A DNA stretch of 64,000 nt, from positions 4,800,001-4,864,000 of the forward strand of contig OZ252299.1 of assembly GCA_965250285.1 (NCBI GenBank), written 5' to 3'. The first letter of the stretch is position 1. Each line of letters opens with the position of its first letter. Positions 51,727-61,448 of the stretch are shown here, one piece after another. The stretch is from Myxococcota bacterium. Its GTDB lineage: Bacteria > Myxococcota_A > UBA9160 > UBA4427. The notes under the pieces are model-generated. The model ran no database searches, was not told where the DNA came from, and was given only the letters and a program-made list of their open reading frames with translations. The translations under genes were made by a program, and so were the position numbers.

Positions 51727-51776
51727 CGGATGCCTCCCTAGACGCCAGGGTGTGCGCAGCCAACGGATGCCTCCCT
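51715..51776 (-). repeat. Perfect 25-bp direct repeat (period 37) containing the AraC RBS and start codon
   Basis: GTGCGCAGCCAACGGATGCCTCCCT at 51715-51739 and 51752-51776. Confidence 0.95.
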
Positions 51777-51968
51777 GTTGCGAATCATCGATGTCTGTCG
51801 AGGGAAGAATGCCTCATCATCCCCGGGGTCCCCATCTCGAATGCCGCTCGCCCCCAGAAAGCGCACGGCGAAGCGGGACTGGATGGGACGATGCGCCGCG
51901 CGTCGGCGTACGGTCGAATCGGCAGCGGCTCGGGGACGGGTCGCTCCTCGAATCAGGGAGGCCTCCGA

Positions 51969-53684
51969 ATGAGCCAGCGACTGATCTGGATCACTGTCCT
52001 CGCGGCCGTGCTGATGCACGGCTCCGCGAGCGCGAAGGACGTCGTGCACGACGCCGAGTTCTACGTGCTGCAACAGCAGCACCAGGAGCGCTGGGCGACC
52101 GAGGACGCTGAGCTGGCCGCCAAGATCGCCGAGCTCGAGGCGAAGCACGGCACGCGACCGAACATCATCTACCTGCTCTGGGACGACACCGCCTACGGGG
52201 CGGTCGGCTATCCGGGCCTGCAGAAGAACTTCGGCTATGAGACGCCGAGCATCAATCGCATGGCCGAAGAGGGCATCAACTTCGCGCGGATGTACACCGA
52301 GCCTTCGTGCACGCCGACGCGGGCCGCGATGCTGACCGGTCGCCATCCGGTGCGGCACGGGATGGGGGTCGTTGGCATGCCCCACGAGTTCTCGGGGCTG
52401 CGCGAAGAAGAGGTGACGATCGCCGAAGTGCTCTCGAAGGCCGGCTACGCGACCGCCTTCTATGGCAAGGGACACCTCGGCGACATCGAAGAGAGCTACC
52501 TGCACAACCAGGGCTTCGACGAGGCGCTGTTTACGCCCATGAATCAGATCACGTCGCTGTACAGCCCGCAGGGCAACGCGGTCAACGCGGTGCTCGGGCT
52601 GTTCCCCGAAATCTATCCCCCCGACCCCTACGCCCTCGACGATCCCGGGCTCGTGCCGGCGGGCTGGGTCATGAACATCGAAGGCAAGAAGGGCGAGCAG
52701 GGGCGCGAGTGGTGCGGCAACTCGAACGAGTGCTTCGAGAAGCTCGACGACGAAGCCGAGAAACGGACGCTCGCCTTCATCGAGCGCAACGCTGCCTCGA
52801 AGCAGCCCTTCTTCGTCGCCTTCTGGCCCAACATGCTCAACTTCCTCTCGCCCGAGATGCCCAAGAAGACCGTCTCGGGTCTCAAGGTGCCGGGCGCGCT
52901 CTCGGTGCTCGACGCGCGCATCGGCCGCATCATGGACAAGCTCCAGGAGCTCGGCATCGCCGAGAATACGCTGTTCGTCGCGATGGCGGACAACGGACCG
53001 ATGGTGCATAGCCCGCCGGCCGGCTGGGGCATGCTCCCGATGATCTATCGCGGCGGAAAGGGCGACTTCACGGAAGGCGGGGTCCGGACGCCGGCCTTCG
53101 CTTGGTGGCCGGGGACGATCGAACCGAACCAGGTCGTGGGCGACATCATCCACGTCACCGATCTCTATACGACCTTCGCGCGGGTGGGCGGCGCGACGCG
53201 CCACATCCCGACCGATCGTGTCGTCGACGGCATCGATCAGACGGCGCTGCTGCTCAAGGGAGACACGTTCAGCCGCCGTGACTTCGTCTTCATCTACGCG
53301 GGCCATCAGCTCGGCGCAACGGTCAAGGGTCGATACAAGCGGCACTGGATCGGTGCAGGGGACGTCGCGGCTTCGGGCATGCCCGAGGCGTACTTCGACC
53401 TCTACATGGATCCGCGCGAAGAGAATCCTCAGCTGGTTCCGCTCATCCACACGCAGGGTCAGTTCAACAAGATGCGGGCGCGTCACGAGCTGATGAAGAA
53501 GAAGTATCCCGACAAGCCCAACGGCAAGGGCATCCCCTACACCGGGCTCTCGAACGCGCGACCCGAGACGACGGCCATCGCGGAGCGAATCGAGGCGTTC
53601 ATCGACGCCACGCCCATCAAGTTGAACGACTATCTCGAGTACCACGCGCCCGGCAGCGACGCCGTGGGCGATTGGGGCCACTGA
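51969..53684 (+). CDS. Secreted Cys-type (formylglycine) arylsulfatase
   Basis: Signal peptide, PNIIYLLWDD, CTPTRAAMLTGR, GKGHLG, ADNG, RGGKG; GGAGG RBS. Confidence 0.94.
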   Translation: MSQRLIWITVLAAVLMHGSASAKDVVHDAEFYVLQQQHQERWATEDAELAAKIAELEAKHGTRPNIIYLLWDDTAYGAVGYPGLQKNFGYETPSINRMAEEGINFARMYTEPSCTPTRAAMLTGRHPVRHGMGVVGMPHEFSGLREEEVTIAEVLSKAGYATAFYGKGHLGDIEESYLHNQGFDEALFTPMNQITSLYSPQGNAVNAVLGLFPEIYPPDPYALDDPGLVPAGWVMNIEGKKGEQGREWCGNSNECFEKLDDEAEKRTLAFIERNAASKQPFFVAFWPNMLNFLSPEMPKKTVSGLKVPGALSVLDARIGRIMDKLQELGIAENTLFVAMADNGPMVHSPPAGWGMLPMIYRGGKGDFTEGGVRTPAFAWWPGTIEPNQVVGDIIHVTDLYTTFARVGGATRHIPTDRVVDGIDQTALLLKGDTFSRRDFVFIYAGHQLGATVKGRYKRHWIGAGDVAASGMPEAYFDLYMDPREENPQLVPLIHTQGQFNKMRARHELMKKKYPDKPNGKGIPYTGLSNARPETTAIAERIEAFIDATPIKLNDYLEYHAPGSDAVGDWGH

Positions 53685-53701
53685 CGGAAGGAGACCTCGC
53701 G

Positions 53702-54550
53702 ATGAGACGCAGCACGCCTCGCTCGATTTCGGCGCTGTCGGTCACCGCGGTGATGATCGCGGCCTGCCTCGCCCAGCCGCCGTCCGCGCAGGCCTGGGAT
53801 TGGCTGACCGGCCCGTCGATCTTCGATGAAGAGGGCGAACGCGACTGGGGCTTCGAGCTCGTGCCCTACCTCTTTCTGTCGGGTCTCAACGGCGACGTGT
53901 CGCCGCCGGCCGGCACCGGCACGATCCCGGTCGACGCGAGCTTCGGCGACCTCGCGAGCAACCTCGATGCGGCCTTCGCGGGGTTCCTCGACGTCCGTTA
54001 CCGGCGCTGGCACTTGATGTCGGACAACTTCTGGGTGCGCCTGAAGGCCGGGCAGTCCGTCGAGATCACCGACCCATCGCCCCCGCCGCCGGCGATCTCG
54101 GTCGAGACCGACGTCCGGCTCGACAGCGCGTTCGGCACGCTCGCCGCAGGCTACGAGCTGCCACTGGGCATGCCCTTCGCACTCGACCTCTACAGCGGTG
54201 CGCGGTGGTGGTACGTGAAGAACGAGGTGTCGTTCGTGCCCTCGTCGAGCGGGGCGGGCAACCCGAGCCCGTTCGCCGGCGCGTTCAGCGACTCGTGGTG
54301 GGACGGCATCGTCGGGCTCCGCTGGCGACTGCCGATCACCGAGAAGTGGCGGGTCGCGGCCTACGGCGACATCGGCGCCGGTGCGGCGAAGCTCGACTGG
54401 TCGGCGGGCGCGCACGTGACGTGGAACCCGCTCAACTCGGTGGGTCTCACCCTCGGCTACCGCGTGCTCGGTGTCGACTACGACCGCGGCGGCTTCGTCT
54501 ACGACGTGCGCATGAACGGCCTGCTGCTTGGGCTCAACTTCGCGTACTGA
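53702..54550 (+). CDS. Outer-membrane beta-barrel protein
   Basis: Signal peptide, alternating aromatic beta-strands, W.DGIVG, LGYR, terminal LNFAY. Confidence 0.75.
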   Translation: MRRSTPRSISALSVTAVMIAACLAQPPSAQAWDWLTGPSIFDEEGERDWGFELVPYLFLSGLNGDVSPPAGTGTIPVDASFGDLASNLDAAFAGFLDVRYRRWHLMSDNFWVRLKAGQSVEITDPSPPPPAISVETDVRLDSAFGTLAAGYELPLGMPFALDLYSGARWWYVKNEVSFVPSSSGAGNPSPFAGAFSDSWWDGIVGLRWRLPITEKWRVAAYGDIGAGAAKLDWSAGAHVTWNPLNSVGLTLGYRVLGVDYDRGGFVYDVRMNGLLLGLNFAY

Positions 54551-54630
54551 CCACGGCTCGCTCGCTCGCGCACCGACGCCAGACCTACACCCGGGCCGCC
54601 GCGATGCGCGCGCCCGATCAGGAGAACCTC

Positions 54631-56102
54631 ATGTCGAAACGCCAAGAGGCCACTCGCCTCTGCTCGATCTTCCTCACGCTCTTCGCGCTGCTCGCCGGCG
54701 GCACGCCCGCGCTGGCGGCGCCCCCGGCGGCGCCCCCCGTTCAGGATCCGTCGAGCGTCGAGGAGATTCGCGCCGCGCTCTTCGGTGGCGTACCGGGCGA
54801 TCGCTGGAAGGAGGGGCTGCTCTTCGAAGGGATCCGACCCTCGCCCTGGATGCAGAGCGCAGCGAACTGGTTCCCACGTACCGAGGAAGTTCAGCCGAAC
54901 GAGATGCGGATCATCTTCATGGGCACGTCGCCGACGATCCGACCCGGACAGATGAACACGTCGATCTTCGTGCAGCTCGGCAACGGCCGAAACTTCGTGT
55001 TCGATCTGGGCGAGGGCTCGCCCGCGAACTACGTCGCTGCCGGCATCGCGCTGAACGAGATCAAGGACGTCTTCATCACGCACCTGCACGTCGATCACTT
55101 CGGCGGTCTGCCCTACGTCTGGATGTTCGGCACCTGGGCCGGAGGCTGGCACAATGCGCTCACTGTGCACGGACCGAGCGGTCGAACACCCGAGTACGGC
55201 ACGGCCAAGATGGTCGAGGGTATGAAGATGATGCTCGGCTGGCACATCGATGCGTTCAGCGTCTTCCCCGTCGGCAAGGGCTGGGACATCGAGGTCAACG
55301 AGTTCGACTTTCGCGACAACGGGGGTGTGGTCTACGAGGAAGACGGCGTGAGGGTCACGCACTGGCAGCGCTCACACGCCAAGGACGGCGCGAGCGCGTA
55401 TCGCCTCGACGGAACGACCTCTGCTTCGTGTGGACGGGCGACGGTCGGCCGAGCAAGCTCGACGAGAAGTACGCCAAGGGCTGCGACGTGTACGTCACTG
55501 AGATGCAGCCCGAGCTGGTCGAGATCAGCGCGGGCGTCCAGGGCGTGCCGCCCTTCCTCGCCCGGTACACGATCGATACCCACCACACGCCGGGCTACGC
55601 GGCCGGCTACCTGGCCAGCCGGGTGAAGCCCCGGCTGCTGATGACGACGCACATGCCTTTCGACCCCTACCTCAACGAAGAGGCGGTCGCCGAGGTGCGC
55701 CATCACTGGCAGGGCCCCTACCACTTCGGCGCCCCCGACGGCATCGTCGTGAACGTCACGAAGGACCAGATCTGGGTGCGCGAGGGGATCCTCCCCACTC
55801 ACCCGAACAACCGCGCACCTCAGTTCGACTTCGCAAACGGTCAGCTCGTCGTGCCGCATCCCCCACATGCCCGCGAGGACATTCAGGAGCCGTTCGTGCG
55901 CGAGCAGGAGATTCCGACGAAGAAGTACTACCCGAAGGGCTTCCACCCCGAGCTGTTGCAGACCTGGCCGGTCGAGGGCGACCTCGTCGTGCCCATGGAT
56001 CAACTCCCCGAGAACCTGAAGGAGAGCATGGGCCAGGAGTGGCGGCTGCGTGAGCGAAACGCGGGCGGCAACGCTGCGGCCGGCGACGACACCGACGGGT
56101 GA
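54631..56102 (+). pseudogene. Exported RNase Z/GntH-like MBL-fold hydrolase split by a 1-nt deletion at 55410/55411
   Basis: First frame has FMGT, FDLGEG, THLHVDH, RSHAKDGASAYRLD; second frame continues NDLCFVWTGDG, DTHHT, MTTH. Could be a sequencing error. Confidence 0.8.
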
Positions 56103-56179
56103 ACCGGCCGCTGGCGCGTCGACGACGAGGCTGAGAGAATCGGGGCAGCGTCGGCGCGCGTGCGCCTCGGGAGGTCGCC

Positions 56180-56668
56180 ATGCAGATCGTGCGGTACGTC
56201 GGTTCGGGCCTCGTCGCCCTGATCGGGCTCGGCATCATCGTCTACTTCGGAGCGCGCTGCGGCGATGGGCCGATGGGGCTCATACCGGGCGGGCCGCTCT
56301 CGTCGGGCGCCTGGGTCGATGCGCGCGTCGAAGACTGGAGCTTCGTGAAGGACGTCGAAGAGATCGAGTTCCAGCTCGAGCAGGACGACATCTCGCGCAC
56401 CGTCTGGATCCTCTACGCCGATGGCCGGGCCTTCATTCCGGCCAGCCTCTCCTTTCCACCCGGCAAAGACTGGTATCACCGCGCGCAAGAGGACGGTCGC
56501 TCGGTGCTGCGCATCGAAGGCCAGCGCTACCCGGTGACCCTGCGTCGGGTGGACGATGACGCGACGAAGCAGGCGGTCGTTGCGGCGGTCGCCGACAAGT
56601 ACGCCCCTCCGCCCGGCGGCGGTGACGGCAACGTGATGTTCTTCGAGGTGAGCTCGCGCGAGCGATGA
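56180..56668 (+). CDS. Membrane-anchored split-barrel-like hypothetical protein (DUF2255-like)
   Basis: N-terminal TM, GPMGLIPGG, DWSFV, LRIEGQRYPV; GGAGG RBS. Confidence 0.7.
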   Translation: MQIVRYVGSGLVALIGLGIIVYFGARCGDGPMGLIPGGPLSSGAWVDARVEDWSFVKDVEEIEFQLEQDDISRTVWILYADGRAFIPASLSFPPGKDWYHRAQEDGRSVLRIEGQRYPVTLRRVDDDATKQAVVAAVADKYAPPPGGGDGNVMFFEVSSRER

Positions 56669-57075
56669 GCTGGCCGCGCGTGGTCGTGCTCCTCTCGGCG
56701 CTACCCTTTGCTGGCATCGGCTTTGCGTTCGTGCTCGCGCCCGTCCAGATGGCGGCGCTCGTCGGACTCGATGCCACCAGCGTCACCGCCGACAACGACC
56801 TGCGCGGCGTGTACGGTGGCCTGTCCCTCGGCTGCGCGGCGCTGCTCGCGTGGTGCGGCGCCCGGGCCACGCGCGTCGAGTTCGGGGTGCGCGCGCAGCT
56901 CTTTCTGTACGGCGGGCTCGCAGCGGGTCGCATCGTCAGCCTCGTCGTCGCCGGCCTGCCCGACGCCCTCGGCCTCGCGCTGCACGCGGGCGAGCTCGTC
57001 GGCGTAGCCTGTGGCGTGAGCGCATGGCGCACGCTGCAGCCGTCGGGGCACGCGCCCGAAGCGGGGAGGCTCTGA
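56665..57075 (+). CDS. DUF4345-like four-TM protein
   Basis: DLRGVYGG, GRIVSLVVAGLP; ATGA overlap. Confidence 0.75.
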   Translation: MSWPRVVVLLSALPFAGIGFAFVLAPVQMAALVGLDATSVTADNDLRGVYGGLSLGCAALLAWCGARATRVEFGVRAQLFLYGGLAAGRIVSLVVAGLPDALGLALHAGELVGVACGVSAWRTLQPSGHAPEAGRL

Positions 57076-57077
57076 GC

Positions 57078-57593
57078 GTGACGACCGCCTCGATTCGCAG
57101 GCTCGAGCCCGACGATGCCGAGCCGTTTCGCGCGCTGCGGCTCGCCGGGCTCGAGGACAGCCCGGCGGCATTCGGCTCGTCGCCCGACGTCGAGAGCGAG
57201 CACGACCTCGAGCTCATCCGCTCACGCCTTCACCACGGTCGCGACGACGCGACGTTCGGCGCCTTCGTCGAAGGACGGCTCGTCGGCGTACTCGGCCTGC
57301 AGCGCCCGACTCATCCAAAGGGCCGCCATCGCGGCCACGTCTGGGGCATGTACGTGGCCCGCGAGCACCGGCGCGACGGCGTCGGGAGTGCACTCGTCGC
57401 AGCGCTGATCGAGTACGCGCGGGCCCTCGAGGGCCTCGTGTGGCTCGACCTCGGGGTCGGGGTCGACAACCTCGCGGCGCGCTCGCTCTACGAAGGCTTC
57501 GGCTTCGAGGCGTGGGGCACCGAACGCGACGCCCTGCGCGTGGACGGTGCCGCCGTCGACGAAGCGCACATGTCGCTGGAGATCGCACCGTGA
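57078..57593 (+). CDS. GNAT N-acetyltransferase
   Basis: LRLAGLEDSPAAFGS, GMYVAREHRRDGVG, NLAARSLYEGFGF. Confidence 0.9.
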   Translation: MTTASIRRLEPDDAEPFRALRLAGLEDSPAAFGSSPDVESEHDLELIRSRLHHGRDDATFGAFVEGRLVGVLGLQRPTHPKGRHRGHVWGMYVAREHRRDGVGSALVAALIEYARALEGLVWLDLGVGVDNLAARSLYEGFGFEAWGTERDALRVDGAAVDEAHMSLEIAP

Positions 57594-58828
57594 GTGACGT
57601 CACCCCCGCCAGCCTCGGGGACCGCATCGGCTTCGCTGCCCAGCTCGTGCTCCTGCCGGTGTTCTCGCTCTATGTGGTGCTCTGCATGCGTCTGCACGAC
57701 GGCGCGCTCATGTGGCCCGGCACCTCGTTCTGGAGCGATCTGCGCGGGCCCACCCCCGCGACCCTCGGCTTCTATGCTGCCTGGATCGCGCTGCAGCTCG
57801 CCCTGGCCGCGTTCATGCCAGGGCCCCGTGTCAACGGCCCACCCCTGCTCGGCGGTGGCCACAACACCTATCGTCGCAACGGGCTGGTGGCGCTGTTCGC
57901 GACGTACGCGATCGCAGCGGGCGTCGTCGCGACGGGGGCGCTGCCGGCCAGCTTCCTCTACGACGAACTCGTTCCGCTCGCGGTCACGATCAATTTCGGC
58001 GCTTTCGCGCTCTCGACCTACATCTGGTGGACCGGGCGCCGGCAAGCGACCGCCGCAGAGCGAGGGCGAGGGTTCCTCGAGGCGTTCTATCTCGGCGCCA
58101 CGCTCAACCCGCGTACGGGCTCGATCGACTGGAAGTACTGGATGCAGGGCAAGCCCGGGCTCACGCTCTGGGGGCTGCTCGCTCTTTCTTGCGCCGCCGC
58201 GCAAGCCGAACGCCACGGTCAGGTGACCAACTCGATGATGCTCGTCTGCGCTGGCGTCACCGCCTATCTCGTCGACTACTTCTGGCACGAGGAGCACATC
58301 CTCTCGGCCTGGGACGTGAAGCACGAGCCCATGGGCTGGATGCTCACGTGGGGCTCGTGCGCCATGGTGCCGCTGGTCTACTCGGCGCCGCTCCCGTATC
58401 TGGTGGTCGAACCCGTGACCCTCGCTTGGCCGGCATTCGCCGCCATTGCAGTTCTCGGCGGCGGAGGGCTGTTCGTCTTCAGGCAAGCCAATACCCAGAA
58501 GCACGACTTTCGCCGCGACCCGACGACGCGCATCTGGGGTCGGCCGGCCGAGTTCGTCGAGACGGCCACGGGCACGAAGCTGCTCTGCTCGGGCTGGTGG
58601 GGGCTCGCCCGGCACTGCAACTACCTCGGCGACTGGCTGATGGCGCTCGCCTGGTCGCTCGCGACCGGCCTCTCGACGGTGCTCGTCTACATCTATCCGA
58701 TCTTCTTCGCCGGTCTGCTGCTGCACCGGGAGCGCCGCGACAACGCCCACTGCGCGCGCAAGTACGGCGCCGACTGGGAGCGCTACGTCGCGCGCGTCCC
58801 GAAGCGCATCGTGCCGTTCCTCTACTAG
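57590..58828 (+). CDS. ERG4/ERG24-family sterol reductase (C14/C7 reductase-like)
   Basis: FYLGATLNPR, ANTQKHDFR, LLCSGWWGLARHCNYLGD, LLLHRERRD..CARKYG..W..Y...VP..IVP; GTGA overlap. Confidence 0.9.
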   Translation: MSDVTPASLGDRIGFAAQLVLLPVFSLYVVLCMRLHDGALMWPGTSFWSDLRGPTPATLGFYAAWIALQLALAAFMPGPRVNGPPLLGGGHNTYRRNGLVALFATYAIAAGVVATGALPASFLYDELVPLAVTINFGAFALSTYIWWTGRRQATAAERGRGFLEAFYLGATLNPRTGSIDWKYWMQGKPGLTLWGLLALSCAAAQAERHGQVTNSMMLVCAGVTAYLVDYFWHEEHILSAWDVKHEPMGWMLTWGSCAMVPLVYSAPLPYLVVEPVTLAWPAFAAIAVLGGGGLFVFRQANTQKHDFRRDPTTRIWGRPAEFVETATGTKLLCSGWWGLARHCNYLGDWLMALAWSLATGLSTVLVYIYPIFFAGLLLHRERRDNAHCARKYGADWERYVARVPKRIVPFLY

Positions 58829-58848
58829 CGACGAGAGCGAGGGGCCCG

Positions 58849-59310
58849 ATGTCCAGTGCACCGATCCAGGGTCATTGTCTGTGCGAGGGCGTGCAGTTCG
58901 AGGTGCAGCGCATCCTCGGCCCCCTCGAGCTGTGTCACTGCACGCGCTGCCGGCGCGTCTCGGGTTCGGCGTTCGTCGCCGGTTTGATGGTGGCCCGCGA
59001 GGGCTACCGGATGACCGCCGGGTCTGACCTCGTGCGGCGCTACGCGCTGCCCGTGCGCGAGGCGCCGCCGGCCTATACGACCTTCTTCTGCAGCCGCTGT
59101 GGATCGCCCGTGCCCGATCCGGAGCCCCTCGGTGAGGCGTTCGAGGTGCCGGCGGGCCTGCTGTGCAGCGATCCCGGCCTGAAGGCCGAACGCCACATCT
59201 TCATCGAGCATCAGGCCCCGTGGTTCGAGACCGAGGCCGAGCTCCCGAAGCTCGATCGCGCCGGGGTGATCCACCTTCGCTTCGGTGCTCGACCGTCTCG
59301 AAGTGATTGA
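58849..59310 (+). CDS. GFA/CENP-V family zinc protein
   Basis: GHCLC, CHCTRCRR, FCSRCGS, HIF. Confidence 0.9.
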   Translation: MSSAPIQGHCLCEGVQFEVQRILGPLELCHCTRCRRVSGSAFVAGLMVAREGYRMTAGSDLVRRYALPVREAPPAYTTFFCSRCGSPVPDPEPLGEAFEVPAGLLCSDPGLKAERHIFIEHQAPWFETEAELPKLDRAGVIHLRFGARPSRSD

Positions 59311-59367
59311 ATCCCGGCCACCGAGCGCCGAGAATCGCAGGTCGACGCGCGCGACGGAGGTGTCTCG

Positions 59368-60453
59368 ATGCAGCGGATTCACTTTGCCTGGCTTCTCTCG
59401 ATCCTCGCGCTCGGCTGCGGCGAGGTCGCACCCGAGATCACCAGCTGCGAGCCGGCGGCGGGCATCGAGCCGCACTGCGGCTTTCAGAACCCCGAGGATC
59501 TGGCGCTGACCGCCGACGGGGTGACCGTGCTCGCGAGTCAGTTCGGATCGATGGATGGTGCGAAGAAGGGGAACCTCGCCGTCTTCGATGTTCGGACACC
59601 GGTACCGCGCATCGTCTTTCGAGCCGAACAGGCCGAGGCACCCGAGACGCCGTGGGGCGATCCCGCGTGTCCGGGTCCGCCGAACGATTCGTTCGCACCC
59701 CACGGCATCGACCTCGCCCAGCGGCCCGACGGCCGCTGGCAGCTCCTCGTCGTCAATCATGGCGGGCGCGAGGCGATCGAGTTCTTCGAGGTGAGCGGCG
59801 CGGGTGAAGAGCCGCGCGTCGAGTGGCGTGGCTGCGCCGTCACGCCCGAGGGCAGCTACGTCAACGACGTGGTCCACACGCCAGAGGGCGGCTTTCTCAC
59901 GACGCACATGATGGATCGGAACAGCCAGACGCTCGAGATGCTGAAGGGCGGTGTGCTGGGCATCGATACGGGATGGGTGCTCGAGTGGAACCCGCCCGAT
60001 CGCTGGCAGCGCATCGCCGGCACCGATGCCCCGATGCCGAATGGCATCGAGCTGTCGAAGGACGGGCGCTTCATCTATCTCAACGCGTACTTCGCCGGCG
60101 AGGTCCGCAAGATCGATCGCCAGACCGGAGAGGTGGTGGCCGTCGCCGAAGGCATTCCCGGGCCCGACAACACGACCTGGTCGAGCGATGGCACCCGGCT
60201 CTTCGTCGCGTCGCAGCCAGCGACGATCCGCGAGGCCACCGCGTGTCTCGAGGTCGGTGCAGGCACGTGCAGCATGCCCTATCGCATCGTCGCGCTCGAT
60301 CCCGACGACCTCTCGGCCACGGTCGTCGTCGAGCAGGGCGAAGGGCCCATGGGGGCGGCGACGGTTGCCCTCCAGGTGGGCGATGATCTCTGGCTCGGTA
60401 CGTTCGCGGGCAACCGCGTTGCGCGCGTTGCGGATGCAGCCGAGTCGCAGTGA
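59368..60453 (+). CDS. Paraoxonase/SMP-30-like beta-propeller lipoprotein (arylesterase/lactonase)
   Basis: Lipobox ALGC, PEDL, PHGID, VVNH, VNDV, PNGI, PDN. Confidence 0.85.
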   Translation: MQRIHFAWLLSILALGCGEVAPEITSCEPAAGIEPHCGFQNPEDLALTADGVTVLASQFGSMDGAKKGNLAVFDVRTPVPRIVFRAEQAEAPETPWGDPACPGPPNDSFAPHGIDLAQRPDGRWQLLVVNHGGREAIEFFEVSGAGEEPRVEWRGCAVTPEGSYVNDVVHTPEGGFLTTHMMDRNSQTLEMLKGGVLGIDTGWVLEWNPPDRWQRIAGTDAPMPNGIELSKDGRFIYLNAYFAGEVRKIDRQTGEVVAVAEGIPGPDNTTWSSDGTRLFVASQPATIREATACLEVGAGTCSMPYRIVALDPDDLSATVVVEQGEGPMGAATVALQVGDDLWLGTFAGNRVARVADAAESQ

Positions 60454-60539
60454 ATCGGCGCCGCGCGGGCCGACCGTACGCCCCGGACCGACACATCTGC
60501 GTTACGCTGCGCTCGACCCCTCGTCGAAGGGAGCCCCCC

Positions 60540-60908
60540 ATGCCCCACATCACCTATGTGAACGTGTTCGTGCGCGATCTCGCTCGCGCATGCGACTTCT
60601 ACGAGAAGACGCTCGGCCTCGAGGCGCGCCAGAAGGACGTCGAGCACGGCTATGCGTCATTCGCAGCCGGGCCGATCCACATGGGCCTCGCCCAGGTCGG
60701 CGGTGATCAGGCCGAGCTCGCTGGTCGACACACCGGGATCGGCTTCGACGTCGAAGACCTCGAGGCCGAGCACGCACGACTCGTCGCCGCGGGCGTCGCG
60801 TTCCCGATGCCCCCCGAACGGCAGCCCTGGGGCGGCTTCATGGCGCTGATGGCCGATCCCGACGGCAACATCTTCTATCTCGATCAGACGTCGGCGGCGC
60901 ACGGCTAG
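60540..60908 (+). CDS. VOC family protein
   Basis: VRDLARACDFYEKTLGL, QPWGG, DPDGN. Confidence 0.9.
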   Translation: MPHITYVNVFVRDLARACDFYEKTLGLEARQKDVEHGYASFAAGPIHMGLAQVGGDQAELAGRHTGIGFDVEDLEAEHARLVAAGVAFPMPPERQPWGGFMALMADPDGNIFYLDQTSAAHG

Positions 60909-60911
60909 GTC

Positions 60912-61448
60912 GTGCCGAGCCGCGTCGAGATTCGGCCGGCCGAGGCCGGCGACGCGCCGGTGCTCGAAGCCATGCTCTTCGAGGCGTTCTTCTGGCGCCC
61001 CGAGCAGGCGCGACCGGCGCTCGCCGACTTTCGCGACGACGCCGAGTTCGTGAAGTGGATGCGGGGGTTCGGTCGGCGCGCCGGCGACGGCGGTGTCGTG
61101 GCCGAGCGCGACGGCGCGCCGATCGGCGCCGCCTTCTACCGGCGCTTCACCGAGACGGAGCACTCGTATGGGTTCGTCGATGTCGACACCCCCGAGCTCG
61201 CGCTCGGTGTCGCGTCCGCGGCGCGGCGCGGCGGCGTCGGTCGCACGCTCATGCAGGCTCTGATCGAACAGGCGCGCAGCGAAGGGGTCGAGGCCCTCAG
61301 CTTGAGCGTCGAGATCGACAACCCCGCTCGGGCGCTGTATCGGGCGCTCGGCTTCGAACGCATCGGCGCCGTCGAGAACGCGTGGACGATGCGGCTGCGG
61401 CTCATCGAACGGGTCTCGGCCACCAGCGCTCAGGAGGCGAACGCATGA
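60912..61448 (+). CDS. GNAT N-acetyltransferase
   Basis: YGFVDVDTPEL, RRGGVG, LSLSVEIDNPARALYRALGF. Confidence 0.9.
   Translation: MPSRVEIRPAEAGDAPVLEAMLFEAFFWRPEQARPALADFRDDAEFVKWMRGFGRRAGDGGVVAERDGAPIGAAFYRRFTETEHSYGFVDVDTPELALGVASAARRGGVGRTLMQALIEQARSEGVEALSLSVEIDNPARALYRALGFERIGAVENAWTMRLRLIERVSATSAQEANA

Noticed and set aside
55395..55430. Programmed ribosomal frameshift
   Set aside because: No slippery heptamer or homopolymer; a single missing base in a probable Trp codon explains it
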